Assembly: GCA_965247115.1 (NCBI GenBank)
Contig: CBDFGR010000002.1
Location: 480,001-544,000, forward strand
DNA: 64,000 nucleotides
From: Myxococcota bacterium
GTDB taxonomy: Bacteria; Myxococcota_A; UBA9160; SZUA-336
Direction of reading: 5' to 3'
The notes under the pieces were generated by a model. That model saw only the letters and a program-made list of their open reading frames with translations, made no database searches and was not told where the DNA came from. The translations under genes and the position numbers were made by a program. This document shows positions 9,410-18,209 of this stretch, piece after piece; position 1 is the stretch's first letter, and the number at the start of each line of letters is the position of its first letter.

Positions 9410-9748
9410 ATGTCTGTCCGACTCGAGAAGGCCTGGGAGCCGCTACGCGAGGAGGCGCTGAAACGGCTGCGCGGACACCTCGGCGTGTACGAGCTGGCCG
9501 ACGCCTCGGGCAAGACGCTCTTCATCGGCTACGCCGGAGGTCGCTCTCGCTACGGACTACGCGGCGAGCTGGAGGAGCAGCTGCGGCGTCGCCCCGGCCA
9601 GGAGCTCCAGTTCCGCGTCGAGGTCAACATGTCCTATCTCTCCCGTTACGAGGAGCTGCTCATGGCGCATCGGGCGGATCACGGCCGGCTGCCCGAGGAG
9701 AACGCCAGGGAGCCGCGACGCAAGCTCGGGCGGCTGAGCCCTCACTGA
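9410..9748 (+). CDS. Small hypothetical protein with GIY-YIG-like motif
   Basis: GVYELAD..G..LFIGYAG..LRGEL. Good GC3 bias. Directly upstream of the acyl-CoA dehydrogenase. Confidence 0.6.
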   Translation: MSVRLEKAWEPLREEALKRLRGHLGVYELADASGKTLFIGYAGGRSRYGLRGELEEQLRRRPGQELQFRVEVNMSYLSRYEELLMAHRADHGRLPEENAREPRRKLGRLSPH

Positions 9749-9763
9749 GGCAGGAGGCATCTC

Positions 9764-10930
9764 ATGCAACTGAAACCCACCGAGGAACAGCAGCAAATTG
9801 TGGACATGGTCCGGCGCTTTGTACGAGAGGAGATCGCGCCGCTCGAGGCGGATCTCGATCCCGACGCGAGCGAGCTCAAACCCGATGACCACGAGCGCCT
9901 CGTCGCGAGGGTGCGGGAGATGGGGTTCTACGGACTGGACATCCCAGAGGAATACGGCGGACCTGGCATCGACCTCATCACCCGGACGCTCATGGCAATG
10001 GAGATGTCTCAGCACCGCGCCGGACTCTACGCACCGTGCTTCGGCGTCTTCGGCGGCGCCGGACTCGCGCAGCTCTACGAGGCCGATGAATATCAGAAGG
10101 AGCGCTACCTCTACCCGATGCTGCGTGGTGAAAAGAGCGGCTTCTTCGGATTGACCGAACCTTCGGGCGGGAGCGATCCCGCTCGCGCGATCCGCACGAC
10201 GGCCGTGCTCGACGGCGACGACTGGGTCCTGAACGGTGAGAAGACGTTCATCAGCGGAGCAGACAGGGCAGACTTTGGCATCACCTTCGCCCGCACCGAT
10301 CCCGAGAAGGGGCGCAACGGAATCACGTGCTTCATTGTCGACACCGACTCACCGGGCTTTCACGTGCGTCGCGTGGTCCACACGCTCCGCTCGTCGCACT
10401 ACGCAACGGAGCTCCAGTACGACAACCTGCGCGTGCCGCGCGCGAACGTTCTGGGTGAGGTTGACCGCGGCTTTGCCATCGCCAACGATCGCTTGAGCCG
10501 CCAGCGCATCCCGTACGCGGCCGGCTGCATCGGCGTTGCGATCCGCGCTCAGGAGATGGCGATCGATTACGCGAAGCAGCGCGAGACCTTTGGCGACGTG
10601 CTCGCGAGCCGCCAGTCCATCCAGTGGATGATCGTCGACAACGAGATCGACATCCGCACCGCTCGCTGGATCACGCTCGACGCAGCTGCCAAGGCGGAGC
10701 GCGGCGAGCCCTTCCGCACCGAGGCCGCGATGGCAAAGCTCGTCGGCAGCGAGGCGGGCTCACGCGTCGTGGATCGCGCGATGCAGATCCACGGCGGCTA
10801 CGGCATGACGAAGGACCTACCGCTCGAGCGCTGGTACCGCGAGATGCGCATCCGCCGCATCGGCGAGGGCCCCAGCGAGGTCCAGCGCCTCATCATGGCG
10901 CGCGACCTGATCGGCGGCTCGTTCCACTAG
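9764..10930 (+). CDS. Acyl-CoA dehydrogenase family protein
   Basis: FGLTEPSGGSD, LNGEKTFIS, AMQIHGGYG and RIGEGPSEVQR. Confidence 0.95.
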   Translation: MQLKPTEEQQQIVDMVRRFVREEIAPLEADLDPDASELKPDDHERLVARVREMGFYGLDIPEEYGGPGIDLITRTLMAMEMSQHRAGLYAPCFGVFGGAGLAQLYEADEYQKERYLYPMLRGEKSGFFGLTEPSGGSDPARAIRTTAVLDGDDWVLNGEKTFISGADRADFGITFARTDPEKGRNGITCFIVDTDSPGFHVRRVVHTLRSSHYATELQYDNLRVPRANVLGEVDRGFAIANDRLSRQRIPYAAGCIGVAIRAQEMAIDYAKQRETFGDVLASRQSIQWMIVDNEIDIRTARWITLDAAAKAERGEPFRTEAAMAKLVGSEAGSRVVDRAMQIHGGYGMTKDLPLERWYREMRIRRIGEGPSEVQRLIMARDLIGGSFH

Positions 10931-10948
10931 TCGTGGGACCTAGACAGA

Positions 10949-11053
10949 CGTAAACAACCTCTGAGGCATCACGGTTTTCGCATCACGCATAGATGTGTAC
11001 GAACGGAAGTACACGAACATCCCCCGGGGGATGTTGCGCTTCGCAAGTTTACG
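10949..11053. repeat. Structured palindromic intergenic element (REP/MITE-like or ncRNA)
   Basis: CGTAAAC...GTTTACG closing stem encloses GTGTAC-N8-GTACAC and the perfect 20-bp palindrome AACATCCCCCGGGGGATGTT. Lies between convergent genes. Confidence 0.55.
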
Positions 11054-11083
11054 CGCGGCGGCGGAGCTCTCTGGGGCGCGTTC

Positions 11084-11953
11084 CTAAACGTTGGTGCGCG
11101 CGCGCAGGCCGCACGCCTCGATCTTCGCGGCGAAGTTCTCGAGCCACTTCCGAGGCAGCGCGGAGAGTCGCTCGGCGCCGGGCTGAAGCGAGGGGCGGGC
11201 AAGGCCGTAGAGCTGGACGCCGAGGAGGGGAAGTCCCTCCCCCGCCAGCTTTCGAAGCGCGGCCAGATATGCCTCTTGCTCGGCCGCGGAAGGCGGAGCG
11301 CCGTCCTGTGCGAACACACAGGTTTGAATCCACGTGGGGCACAGCTCGGCCGACCGGCGCAGGCGCTCGAGGTGCCGCTCGGGGTCGACTGCGCGACCGC
11401 AGATCCCGCGCGCGCCCTCCGCCGTCGCGCTGTCGAGCTTGAACCAGATCTCTCCGCCGAGACTCGAAAGCTCGGCCAGCGCTCGATCGATGGCGGGCCG
11501 ACCGACCATGCTCCCGTTCGTGATCAGGAGCGGTGTCACCTCGCCTTGCAACGAGAAGTCGTCCAGCACTCGGGCGACGGCGCTCAACGCCTCGCCGAAC
11601 TGCGGAGACGTGGTCGGCTCGCCGTTGCCCGAGAGGGCGACATCGTTCAGGCGCCGCAACCCCTCCGGAGCACGGCGCTCCAGCCAGTCGCCGTTCACGA
11701 TCTCGTCGAGCAAGCCACGCAGCTCCGCCTCGAGCCGTGCGAGATCGAGCTGCGGCGCGCTCCCCAGCACCAGATCCGGGACCTGGCAGTACACGCACGC
11801 CCAGTTGCAGGCGTTGTTCGGGTTCAGGTTCACGCCGACCGAGACGCCCGCGCTGCGCCTGGACACGACCGCGTAGACGTACACGAGCCCTTCGGAGCCT
11901 CGATCGTGATCCGTGACGGAGAGCAGCTGCGCGGAACGAACTCGGGTGGTCAC
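11084..11953 (-). CDS. Radical SAM protein
   Basis: YAVVSRRSAGVSVGVNLNP, CNWACVYC (CxxxCxxC), SGNGEPT and WFKLDS. Confidence 0.9.
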   Translation of the reverse strand: MTTRVRSAQLLSVTDHDRGSEGLVYVYAVVSRRSAGVSVGVNLNPNNACNWACVYCQVPDLVLGSAPQLDLARLEAELRGLLDEIVNGDWLERRAPEGLRRLNDVALSGNGEPTTSPQFGEALSAVARVLDDFSLQGEVTPLLITNGSMVGRPAIDRALAELSSLGGEIWFKLDSATAEGARGICGRAVDPERHLERLRRSAELCPTWIQTCVFAQDGAPPSAAEQEAYLAALRKLAGEGLPLLGVQLYGLARPSLQPGAERLSALPRKWLENFAAKIEACGLRARTNV

Positions 11954-12044
11954 CGCCTGGACTTACACTCCCCGGCGTTCCGCTTCAAGTCGAGCAGCCG
12001 CCCTCATCCGGGAGACCTATAATCTCGAGCCTCGGGAGACAAGT

Positions 12045-12823
12045 GTGCTGATCACGAGCCTGCGCCGCAGCTCCAAGATCCACGGCGACGTGGCAGAGCG
12101 CTTCCGGCGCCATATCGACAAGGGGTGCGTCCTCGACGTGCCCGCCGGAAAGGGAGAGAACGCCCGCGCTCTGGTTGCGGGCGGGTTCGAGGTGCGCGCC
12201 GCAGATCTGTTTCCGGAAAGGCTTTCCGGGTCGGGCTTCCCCGTCGACGCAGTGGACCTGACGCAGCCGCTGCCCTACGCGGACGAGCGCTTCGACGGCG
12301 TGCTCTTCTCGGGGGGATCGAGCACCTCGATGCCCAGGTGGCCGCGCTCGGGGAGATGGCCCGGGTGCTGAAGCCGGGAGGCGTGCTCATCGTCACCACC
12401 CCGAACGTGCTCCACCTGGAGGGCCGGCTGGGGCAGCTGCTCACGGCCCACGCGTATCGCAACCGCGCGATGGTCGTGGAGACCGCGGCCTACTGGTCCG
12501 GAGATCCGCCGCCCGGAGCCGGCACGGCGTCGACGTACTTCGGGCATGTGTTCCTGATCGACGCCTTTCAGCTGCGTTTCTACCTGACGCACGTCGGACT
12601 CGAGGTCGTCGAGGTCGACACCACGCGCTACTCGTGGAAATCGCTGCTGCTCGCCCCGTTCCTCTACCCACTGGTGTGGTGGGCCACGCGCGCCCTCCTG
12701 GCTCGCAAGCGCTCCCGGGTGCCGCCGGAGCTGCAGCTGCGCTTGCGACGCGAGATCCTGAGTCCCGCAGTCCTCTTCGGTCGCAAGCTGATCATGGTCG
12801 CGCGCAAGTCGCGAAAGACGTGA
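12045..12823 (+). pseudogene. Class I SAM methyltransferase (type 11), frameshifted at G6 run 12311-12316
   Basis: N-half (VLDVPAGKG..LPYADERFDGVLFS) and C-half (IEHLD..MARVLKPGGVLIVTTPN) are in different frames. One added base rejoins them. Confidence 0.8.
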
Positions 12824-13557
12824 GCCTGGAGCTCATGGCTGCCGAATCTCGAGTCCTGATCTCCGCAATCAAGAAGGCGCTGCGCGAGCGTGCGAATCCC
12901 GCGAAGGCGGGCGGGATGCAGGCCTACATGAAATCGGAGATGCCGTACCGCGGCGTCCAGACACCGGAGATGCGAAGGGCCTGCAGGGAGGTCTATCCGC
13001 ACTATCCGCTCCCGAGCTTCGACGCCTGGCGCAACACGATCCTCGCGCTGTGGCGCGGCGCCCGCTACCGGGAGGAGCGCTACGCGGCGCTGGAACTGGC
13101 GCGCGCGAGGCCCTATGCGCCGTTTCGAACGCTGCGGGCCGTGCCGATGTTCGAGGAGATCGTGGTTACCGGGGCCTGGTGGGACTACGTGGACTACGTC
13201 GCGAGCCACCATCTGGGTGACATCCTGAGGCGGCAGCCAGCTGGCATGAAACGGCGCATGCGCGCCTGGTCGAAGTCCCCCGACATGTGGAAGCGCCGCA
13301 GCTCCATCCTCTGCCAGCTCGGCTTCAAGGACGACATCGACCTGGACCTGCTCTACGAGTGCATCGAGCGCTCGGCGTCGAGCGACGAGTTCTTCCTGCA
13401 AAAGGCCATCGGCTGGGCCCTCCGCAACCACGCCTGGACCGATCCGCAGGAGGTGATCCGCTACGTCAGGAAGAACAGGGCCTCCCTCCGCAAGCTCTCC
13501 AAACGCGAGGCCTTGAAGAACGTGATCAAGCAGGGCCTGCTCGACGCCGTCCCTTAG
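12820..13557 (+). CDS. DNA alkylation repair protein (AlkD-like)
   Basis: MQAYMKSEMPYRGV, REERYAA, GAWWDYVD and EFFLQKAIGWALR. Start GTG 12820 or ATG 12835. Confidence 0.88.
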   Translation: MSLELMAAESRVLISAIKKALRERANPAKAGGMQAYMKSEMPYRGVQTPEMRRACREVYPHYPLPSFDAWRNTILALWRGARYREERYAALELARARPYAPFRTLRAVPMFEEIVVTGAWWDYVDYVASHHLGDILRRQPAGMKRRMRAWSKSPDMWKRRSSILCQLGFKDDIDLDLLYECIERSASSDEFFLQKAIGWALRNHAWTDPQEVIRYVRKNRASLRKLSKREALKNVIKQGLLDAVP

Positions 13558-13600
13558 CCGGCTGTCTCTCGACGCTGCGACGCGGCCTGCTCGAGCCGGC

Positions 13601-14053
13601 TCAGCAGACCTGATAGACGCGATACTCGACGGCGCTCGGAAGGGCGCGACCTTCTGCCACGGCAACGACGGAGTTCAGCCAGGCGTAGTTCGGGTCGCCC
13701 GTCTCGAAGCGCGGCTGCGTCATGAAGTAGGCGTCGCCGTACTGCGTCTCCCCTCCCCCGGAGAGGGCTTTCGAGACCGCCTCGTTGGGCACGAGCACGC
13801 CGTAGTACTGCACGTAGATGCGGGCGCCGTCATCTGTCTCGAGCGTGGCCCGCACGTCGAGCCGGATGACGCCGTCGCTGCCCACGAGAAGCCAATCGCC
13901 CCCGCTAGCAAGGAGCCTCCCCTTGAGCCGCGGCCCCTTGAAGCTCCCGCCGGTCACATCGAAGATCTGCCGGGTCCCCGACGGGCCGCCGCCCACCTCG
14001 ACGGGAGGCTTCAGGTCCGCTCTGAACATCATCAAGTACTCGAGCTTCGGCAT
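13601..14053 (-). CDS. DUF3237 family protein
   Basis: GGSFKGPRLKG, GGDW..LDVRATLETDDGA.IY and PRFETGDP.YAWLN. Confidence 0.88.
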   Translation of the reverse strand: MPKLEYLMMFRADLKPPVEVGGGPSGTRQIFDVTGGSFKGPRLKGRLLASGGDWLLVGSDGVIRLDVRATLETDDGARIYVQYYGVLVPNEAVSKALSGGGETQYGDAYFMTQPRFETGDPNYAWLNSVVAVAEGRALPSAVEYRVYQVC

Positions 14054-14069
14054 GCAACTCCTCCGCGGT

Positions 14070-14426
14070 TCAGATCATGCCAGGGTTGATCAGGACCCCG
14101 TTGTGGATCAGAAACGACATCACGTCGCTCACGAGCTTGCGCGCCTTGGTCCCGGAGAGTCCGGATGCCGCCCGAAACGCGCGGATCTGCTCGACCAGCT
14201 CTTCTCTCCGCTTCACGCTCCCGAAGCGCTCACCGGTCGCTTTGCGCCGCACAAAGCAGAACGCGACGAGCTCGTCGGGATCCTTGTCCGCGAACGCGCA
14301 GAAGGCGGCCAGCACCTCGAGCTTCTCTGGCTCCTCCATCAGGGGCTCGCCGCCCCACTTCTCGCTGAGGCTGCTCGCCCACGTGCGCGTACTCGCGTAG
14401 TCCTCGATCGGCTTCTCGAGCCCCAA
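14070..14426 (-). CDS. Hypothetical protein
   Basis: 118-aa ORF with strong GC3 bias, packed between the nitroreductase and DUF3237 genes. Confidence 0.65.
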   Translation of the reverse strand: MGLEKPIEDYASTRTWASSLSEKWGGEPLMEEPEKLEVLAAFCAFADKDPDELVAFCFVRRKATGERFGSVKRREELVEQIRAFRAASGLSGTKARKLVSDVMSFLIHNGVLINPGMI

Positions 14427-14430
14427 CGGG

Positions 14431-15213
14431 CTACTCGGGCAGGCCGAGCTTTCGCGCGAGCTCCCGGATCTCCGCCTGGCGATCGGGGAGCGGCGCTGGA
14501 GCCTGAATCAAGCCTTCCCTGCGGAGCTCCTCCACCACGTCCTGATCCCGGCGGAAAGGCTGGCCCACCTTTCCCTCGAAGTAGAGCTCCTCGAAGGGAG
14601 GACGCGGCCGCTGTCCGCCCGCCTCTCGCGACTCGAGCGCGTAGCCGACGTTCATCACGTAGAGCGGAATCCACGCGTCCGGGACTTCGAGCAGCTCCTT
14701 GGCTGGCGCCGGGTTGAACGCCGTCCAGCAGACGCCGAGCCCCTCTTCCACGGCGACGAGCAGACCCTGCGTCGCAGCGCCGCCACAGTCGAAGGCCGCC
14801 GCGATCGGATAGCCGGGATTCTTCGTCATGGGCTCGAGGAGCTGCGGATACACGAACTCGTCGACGAACTTGTGGCTCCAGCCGTGCGTCGGGTTGAGTG
14901 CGCCCACGTCCACGAGCTCCCGCAGCCGCTTGCCCTGGTTCTCGGTCACGACCGCGGTGTCGAGGTAGCAGTAGATGTGGACCGGCGCGAGCTCCTGCAC
15001 CAGGCCGGCGACCGGCACCTTCAGCGCCTCCATCGTCTCGTCCGGGATCTCCGAGCGATTGATCACGACCGCGTGCAGCCAGTGTGCGTTGACGGCGCAC
15101 GACGCGATGCGCATCGCCTCCAAGATCTTCTGGATCTTCTCCCGCTCCACTGGCCGATCCGAATCGAAGTAGCGGATCGAGCGCCGCAGACCGAGGACCT
15201 GTTTGAACTCCAT
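14431..15213 (-). CDS. Nitroreductase family protein
   Basis: MEFKQVLGLRRSIRYF (FMN-binding RRS.R), LLVAVEEGLGVCW and VGY. AGGAG RBS. Confidence 0.85.
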   Translation of the reverse strand: MEFKQVLGLRRSIRYFDSDRPVEREKIQKILEAMRIASCAVNAHWLHAVVINRSEIPDETMEALKVPVAGLVQELAPVHIYCYLDTAVVTENQGKRLRELVDVGALNPTHGWSHKFVDEFVYPQLLEPMTKNPGYPIAAAFDCGGAATQGLLVAVEEGLGVCWTAFNPAPAKELLEVPDAWIPLYVMNVGYALESREAGGQRPRPPFEELYFEGKVGQPFRRDQDVVEELRREGLIQAPAPLPDRQAEIRELARKLGLPE

Positions 15214-15382
15214 GGGGGACTCCTGCTCGTCGAGGTTCTGGGACCATGAAACCGCCGATCCGTCGGAATTACAAGCCCGCCAGGAAGCTGTAACCGGCCT
15301 TGGTGGAGCGTCGGGCGCCAATACACACGCAACGGAAAGCAGTACAATCAGCCCAGTGGGCGAGAGGCCCCCGGAGGATCCG

Positions 15383-16726
15383 ATGGACATCGACACCAGG
15401 AAGCTCCTGGAAGAAACATGGAACGTGCCGCTCTTCGAGGCGGTCTTCTCGCGCCGCTCGCGGCGCTTCGGCCTCGGCATGGAGATCAAGCACGGGCCGA
15501 ACGCCTACAAGTCGGAGGCGGAGCCCATCCCGCTCAGTCTCGAAGAAGAGGCCATGCTCTGCATGGCGGCGACGGGGATGTCGGGGATGAACCTGTCCGA
15601 CATGCCGCACACCACGAAGGACCAGCTCGAGGAGGGCGAGGTCTGGGACGGCAACTGCAACACCATGCTCGAGTACAACGGGCGCACCTTCCCCAGCCCG
15701 TGCGGCTCCCACGCCAGCGAGCTCTTCTACACGAACGACGAGGGCACCTACGTCGTCAAGGTCCGCGGCACGCACCCGGAGCGCATGCGCGAGATCTCGG
15801 AGCTCGACGATCTGGAGAAGCTCGTCGAGACCTTCAAGGATCGGCGGATCGCGATCAGCGAGGAGCGGCTCGACCTGCCGCACACCTCACCGGCGCTCAT
15901 GTCCTTCAACACCTGGAACGCGAACCAGCCCGGCTCCACGCTCTTCATGCCGGTGTGCGACGTCACCGAGGAGCTGATCAACTGCATGATGCTGCTCCTG
16001 GAGCAGGGCTCGTACCCGATCGACCCGGCGGACGGCAAGCCGCTCGGCTGCGAAAAGTGGGTGAAGGAGGGGCTCGCGAGCACGCCCGTGCCCTACCCGA
16101 ACGTCGAGCCCATGGTCGCGCTCGGAGCCTCGAACATCGAGGTCGGCTTCATGACCCAGAACCTGCTCCTGACGGAGACCGCACTCGGGCTCGGCGGCTG
16201 GCCCTTCGGCGGCTTCAACGCGATGATGGCGCTCGGTGGGACTCCGGTCTGCCGGGGCCTCGGTTTCCGCTTCGAGACCGCCGAGCACGGTCCCGCTGCC
16301 GGCTTCCCCTACCCCGTCGGCAAGGACGGCGTCTTCGAGACGCACCACCCCTACTACTTCAACGGCTCGCTGGACGACGCGGTAGACGACGTGATCGAGA
16401 AGAAGTGGGGCGCCGCGGGCATGTTCAACCCGGACAACGCCGACAAGGCGCCCTACAAGAAGCTGGGTCAGATGGAGCAGGGGATCCCGAAGACGGATCC
16501 CGCGATCATCCAGTGCACCAAGGACATCCTGAACGCCGTGTGGGAGAGGTGGGGTCGTTTCCCCGCCTTCGTGGATCCCTGCCTCATGACCATCATGATC
16601 CAGGCCCACCACCTGGAGTGCGGCTTCTACGACGAGTACTACCGCGAGGGCGCGTACGGAGAGCGACACCGTCGGCATCTGGAGAAGTGGCACGGCAAGC
16701 GCAGGTCGGGCCTGAAGGCCGCCTGA
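15383..16726 (+). CDS. Large nitroreductase-superfamily (SagB-like) flavoprotein, unknown function
   Basis: RRSRRF, RTFPSPCG and EVGFMTQNLLL..TALGLGGW motifs. GGAGG RBS. Confidence 0.7.
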   Translation: MDIDTRKLLEETWNVPLFEAVFSRRSRRFGLGMEIKHGPNAYKSEAEPIPLSLEEEAMLCMAATGMSGMNLSDMPHTTKDQLEEGEVWDGNCNTMLEYNGRTFPSPCGSHASELFYTNDEGTYVVKVRGTHPERMREISELDDLEKLVETFKDRRIAISEERLDLPHTSPALMSFNTWNANQPGSTLFMPVCDVTEELINCMMLLLEQGSYPIDPADGKPLGCEKWVKEGLASTPVPYPNVEPMVALGASNIEVGFMTQNLLLTETALGLGGWPFGGFNAMMALGGTPVCRGLGFRFETAEHGPAAGFPYPVGKDGVFETHHPYYFNGSLDDAVDDVIEKKWGAAGMFNPDNADKAPYKKLGQMEQGIPKTDPAIIQCTKDILNAVWERWGRFPAFVDPCLMTIMIQAHHLECGFYDEYYREGAYGERHRRHLEKWHGKRRSGLKAA

Positions 16727-16727
16727 A

Positions 16728-16961
16728 ATGCGAGTGGAGTCGCAGGCGGGCACCTTCATCCTGAACTTCGAGCAGCTCGAGCCGGCCGACGGTGAGATCC
16801 TGATCATCGGCAAGATGGGCGTCTGGGATGCGAAGACCTACATGTCGCCGCCGGAGTTCCTGCGGCTACTACTCATGACGTTGACGCCGAGGATGCTCGG
16901 CTTCTTGATCAAGACGCTGTTCGGCGGCGGGTTCCGGACCCGCTCCGAAGGCGCGAACTAG
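16728..16961 (+). CDS. Small hypothetical protein
   Basis: 77-aa ORF 1 nt after the upstream stop and 8 nt before the thiolase. Strong codon bias. Confidence 0.65.
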   Translation: MRVESQAGTFILNFEQLEPADGEILIIGKMGVWDAKTYMSPPEFLRLLLMTLTPRMLGFLIKTLFGGGFRTRSEGAN

Positions 16962-16969
16962 GAGGAACC

Positions 16970-18199
16970 ATGTCACGAGCAGTCGTGGCCGGCGTGGGGA
17001 TGACCCGCTTCGGCAAGCATATGGATACGGGCTTAAAGGCGCTGGGGCGCGAGGCGGTCGAGGCCGCAATCGCAGATGCCGGCATCGACAAGGAGAAGAT
17101 CGACGCCGCCTTCGTGGGCAACGCCATGGCCGGACTCATCACCGGCCAGGAGTGCATCCGTGGACAGGTGGTGCTGCGCTCGGCAGGCATCGGCGCGATT
17201 CCGGTCGTGAACGTGGAGAATGCGTGCGCCAGCGCCTCCACCGCGCTGCATCAGGCCAACGTGATGGTCGCCGCCGGGGTCTACGATGTCGTCCTCGCGC
17301 TGGGGGTGGAGAAGCTCTACCACGCAGACAAGAAGAGGAGCTTCGCCGCCATCGGAAGCGCCGTCGACACCGAGGAGATGGCGCAGATCATGGAAAGCCT
17401 GAAGAAGAACGCCGCGGCCCAGGGCGCCAAGGAGGCTTCCAGCGGCGCCGGGGAGAAGCGCAGCATGTTCATGGACTTCTACGCTGCGTCCGCGCGCGCG
17501 CACATGGAGCGCTTCGGTACGACCGCACGCCAGTTCGCCGCGGTGGCTGCGAAGAACGCCCAGCACGGCGCGCTGAACCCCAAGGCCCAGTTTCGCAAGG
17601 CCCTGACGGTGGACGAGGTGCTGGCCGAGCCCATGATCGCAGAGCCCCTCACGCGGCCGATGTGCTCACCGATCGGCGACGGCGCGGCCGCGGCGCTGAT
17701 CGTCAGCGAGGAGAAGGCGCGCGAGCTCGGCCTGACGCAGCCAATCTACATCGACGCCTGTGTGCTGCGCTCCGGGTGGGACCACGCTCCCGACGAGGAG
17801 GGAACCGTCGGGCGCTGCACGCGCGAGGCCTACGAGAAGGCTGGAATCGGTCCCGAGGATCTCGACGTGATCGAGTGCCATGACGCGTCCGCGCCCGCCG
17901 AGCTCACCTATTACGAGCAGTTCGGGCTCTGCAAGACGGGCGAGAGCGGCGCGCTGATCGACTCCGGCGCCACCCACATCGGGGGGCGGATCCCCGTCAA
18001 CCCGAGCGGAGGGCTCCTGCGCAAGGGGCACCCCGTCGGAGCGACAGGCCTGGCACAGCTCACCGAGTTGGTCGAGCAGCTACGCGGCCAGGCCGGGGCT
18101 CGCCAGGTCGAGGGAGCCAGGGTGGGCATGGCGCAGAACGGAGGCGGGTCAGTCGGCAACGACGCCGCCGCCATGTGCGTGACGGTGGTCAGCCGCTAG
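16970..18199 (+). CDS. Thiolase family protein (SCP-x type)
   Basis: GVGMTRFGK, NVENACASAS, CSPIGDGAAA, ECHD and NPSGGLL.KGHPVGATG. Confidence 0.93.
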   Translation: MSRAVVAGVGMTRFGKHMDTGLKALGREAVEAAIADAGIDKEKIDAAFVGNAMAGLITGQECIRGQVVLRSAGIGAIPVVNVENACASASTALHQANVMVAAGVYDVVLALGVEKLYHADKKRSFAAIGSAVDTEEMAQIMESLKKNAAAQGAKEASSGAGEKRSMFMDFYAASARAHMERFGTTARQFAAVAAKNAQHGALNPKAQFRKALTVDEVLAEPMIAEPLTRPMCSPIGDGAAAALIVSEEKARELGLTQPIYIDACVLRSGWDHAPDEEGTVGRCTREAYEKAGIGPEDLDVIECHDASAPAELTYYEQFGLCKTGESGALIDSGATHIGGRIPVNPSGGLLRKGHPVGATGLAQLTELVEQLRGQAGARQVEGARVGMAQNGGGSVGNDAAAMCVTVVSR

Positions 18200-18209
18200 G
18201 AGAAGATCT

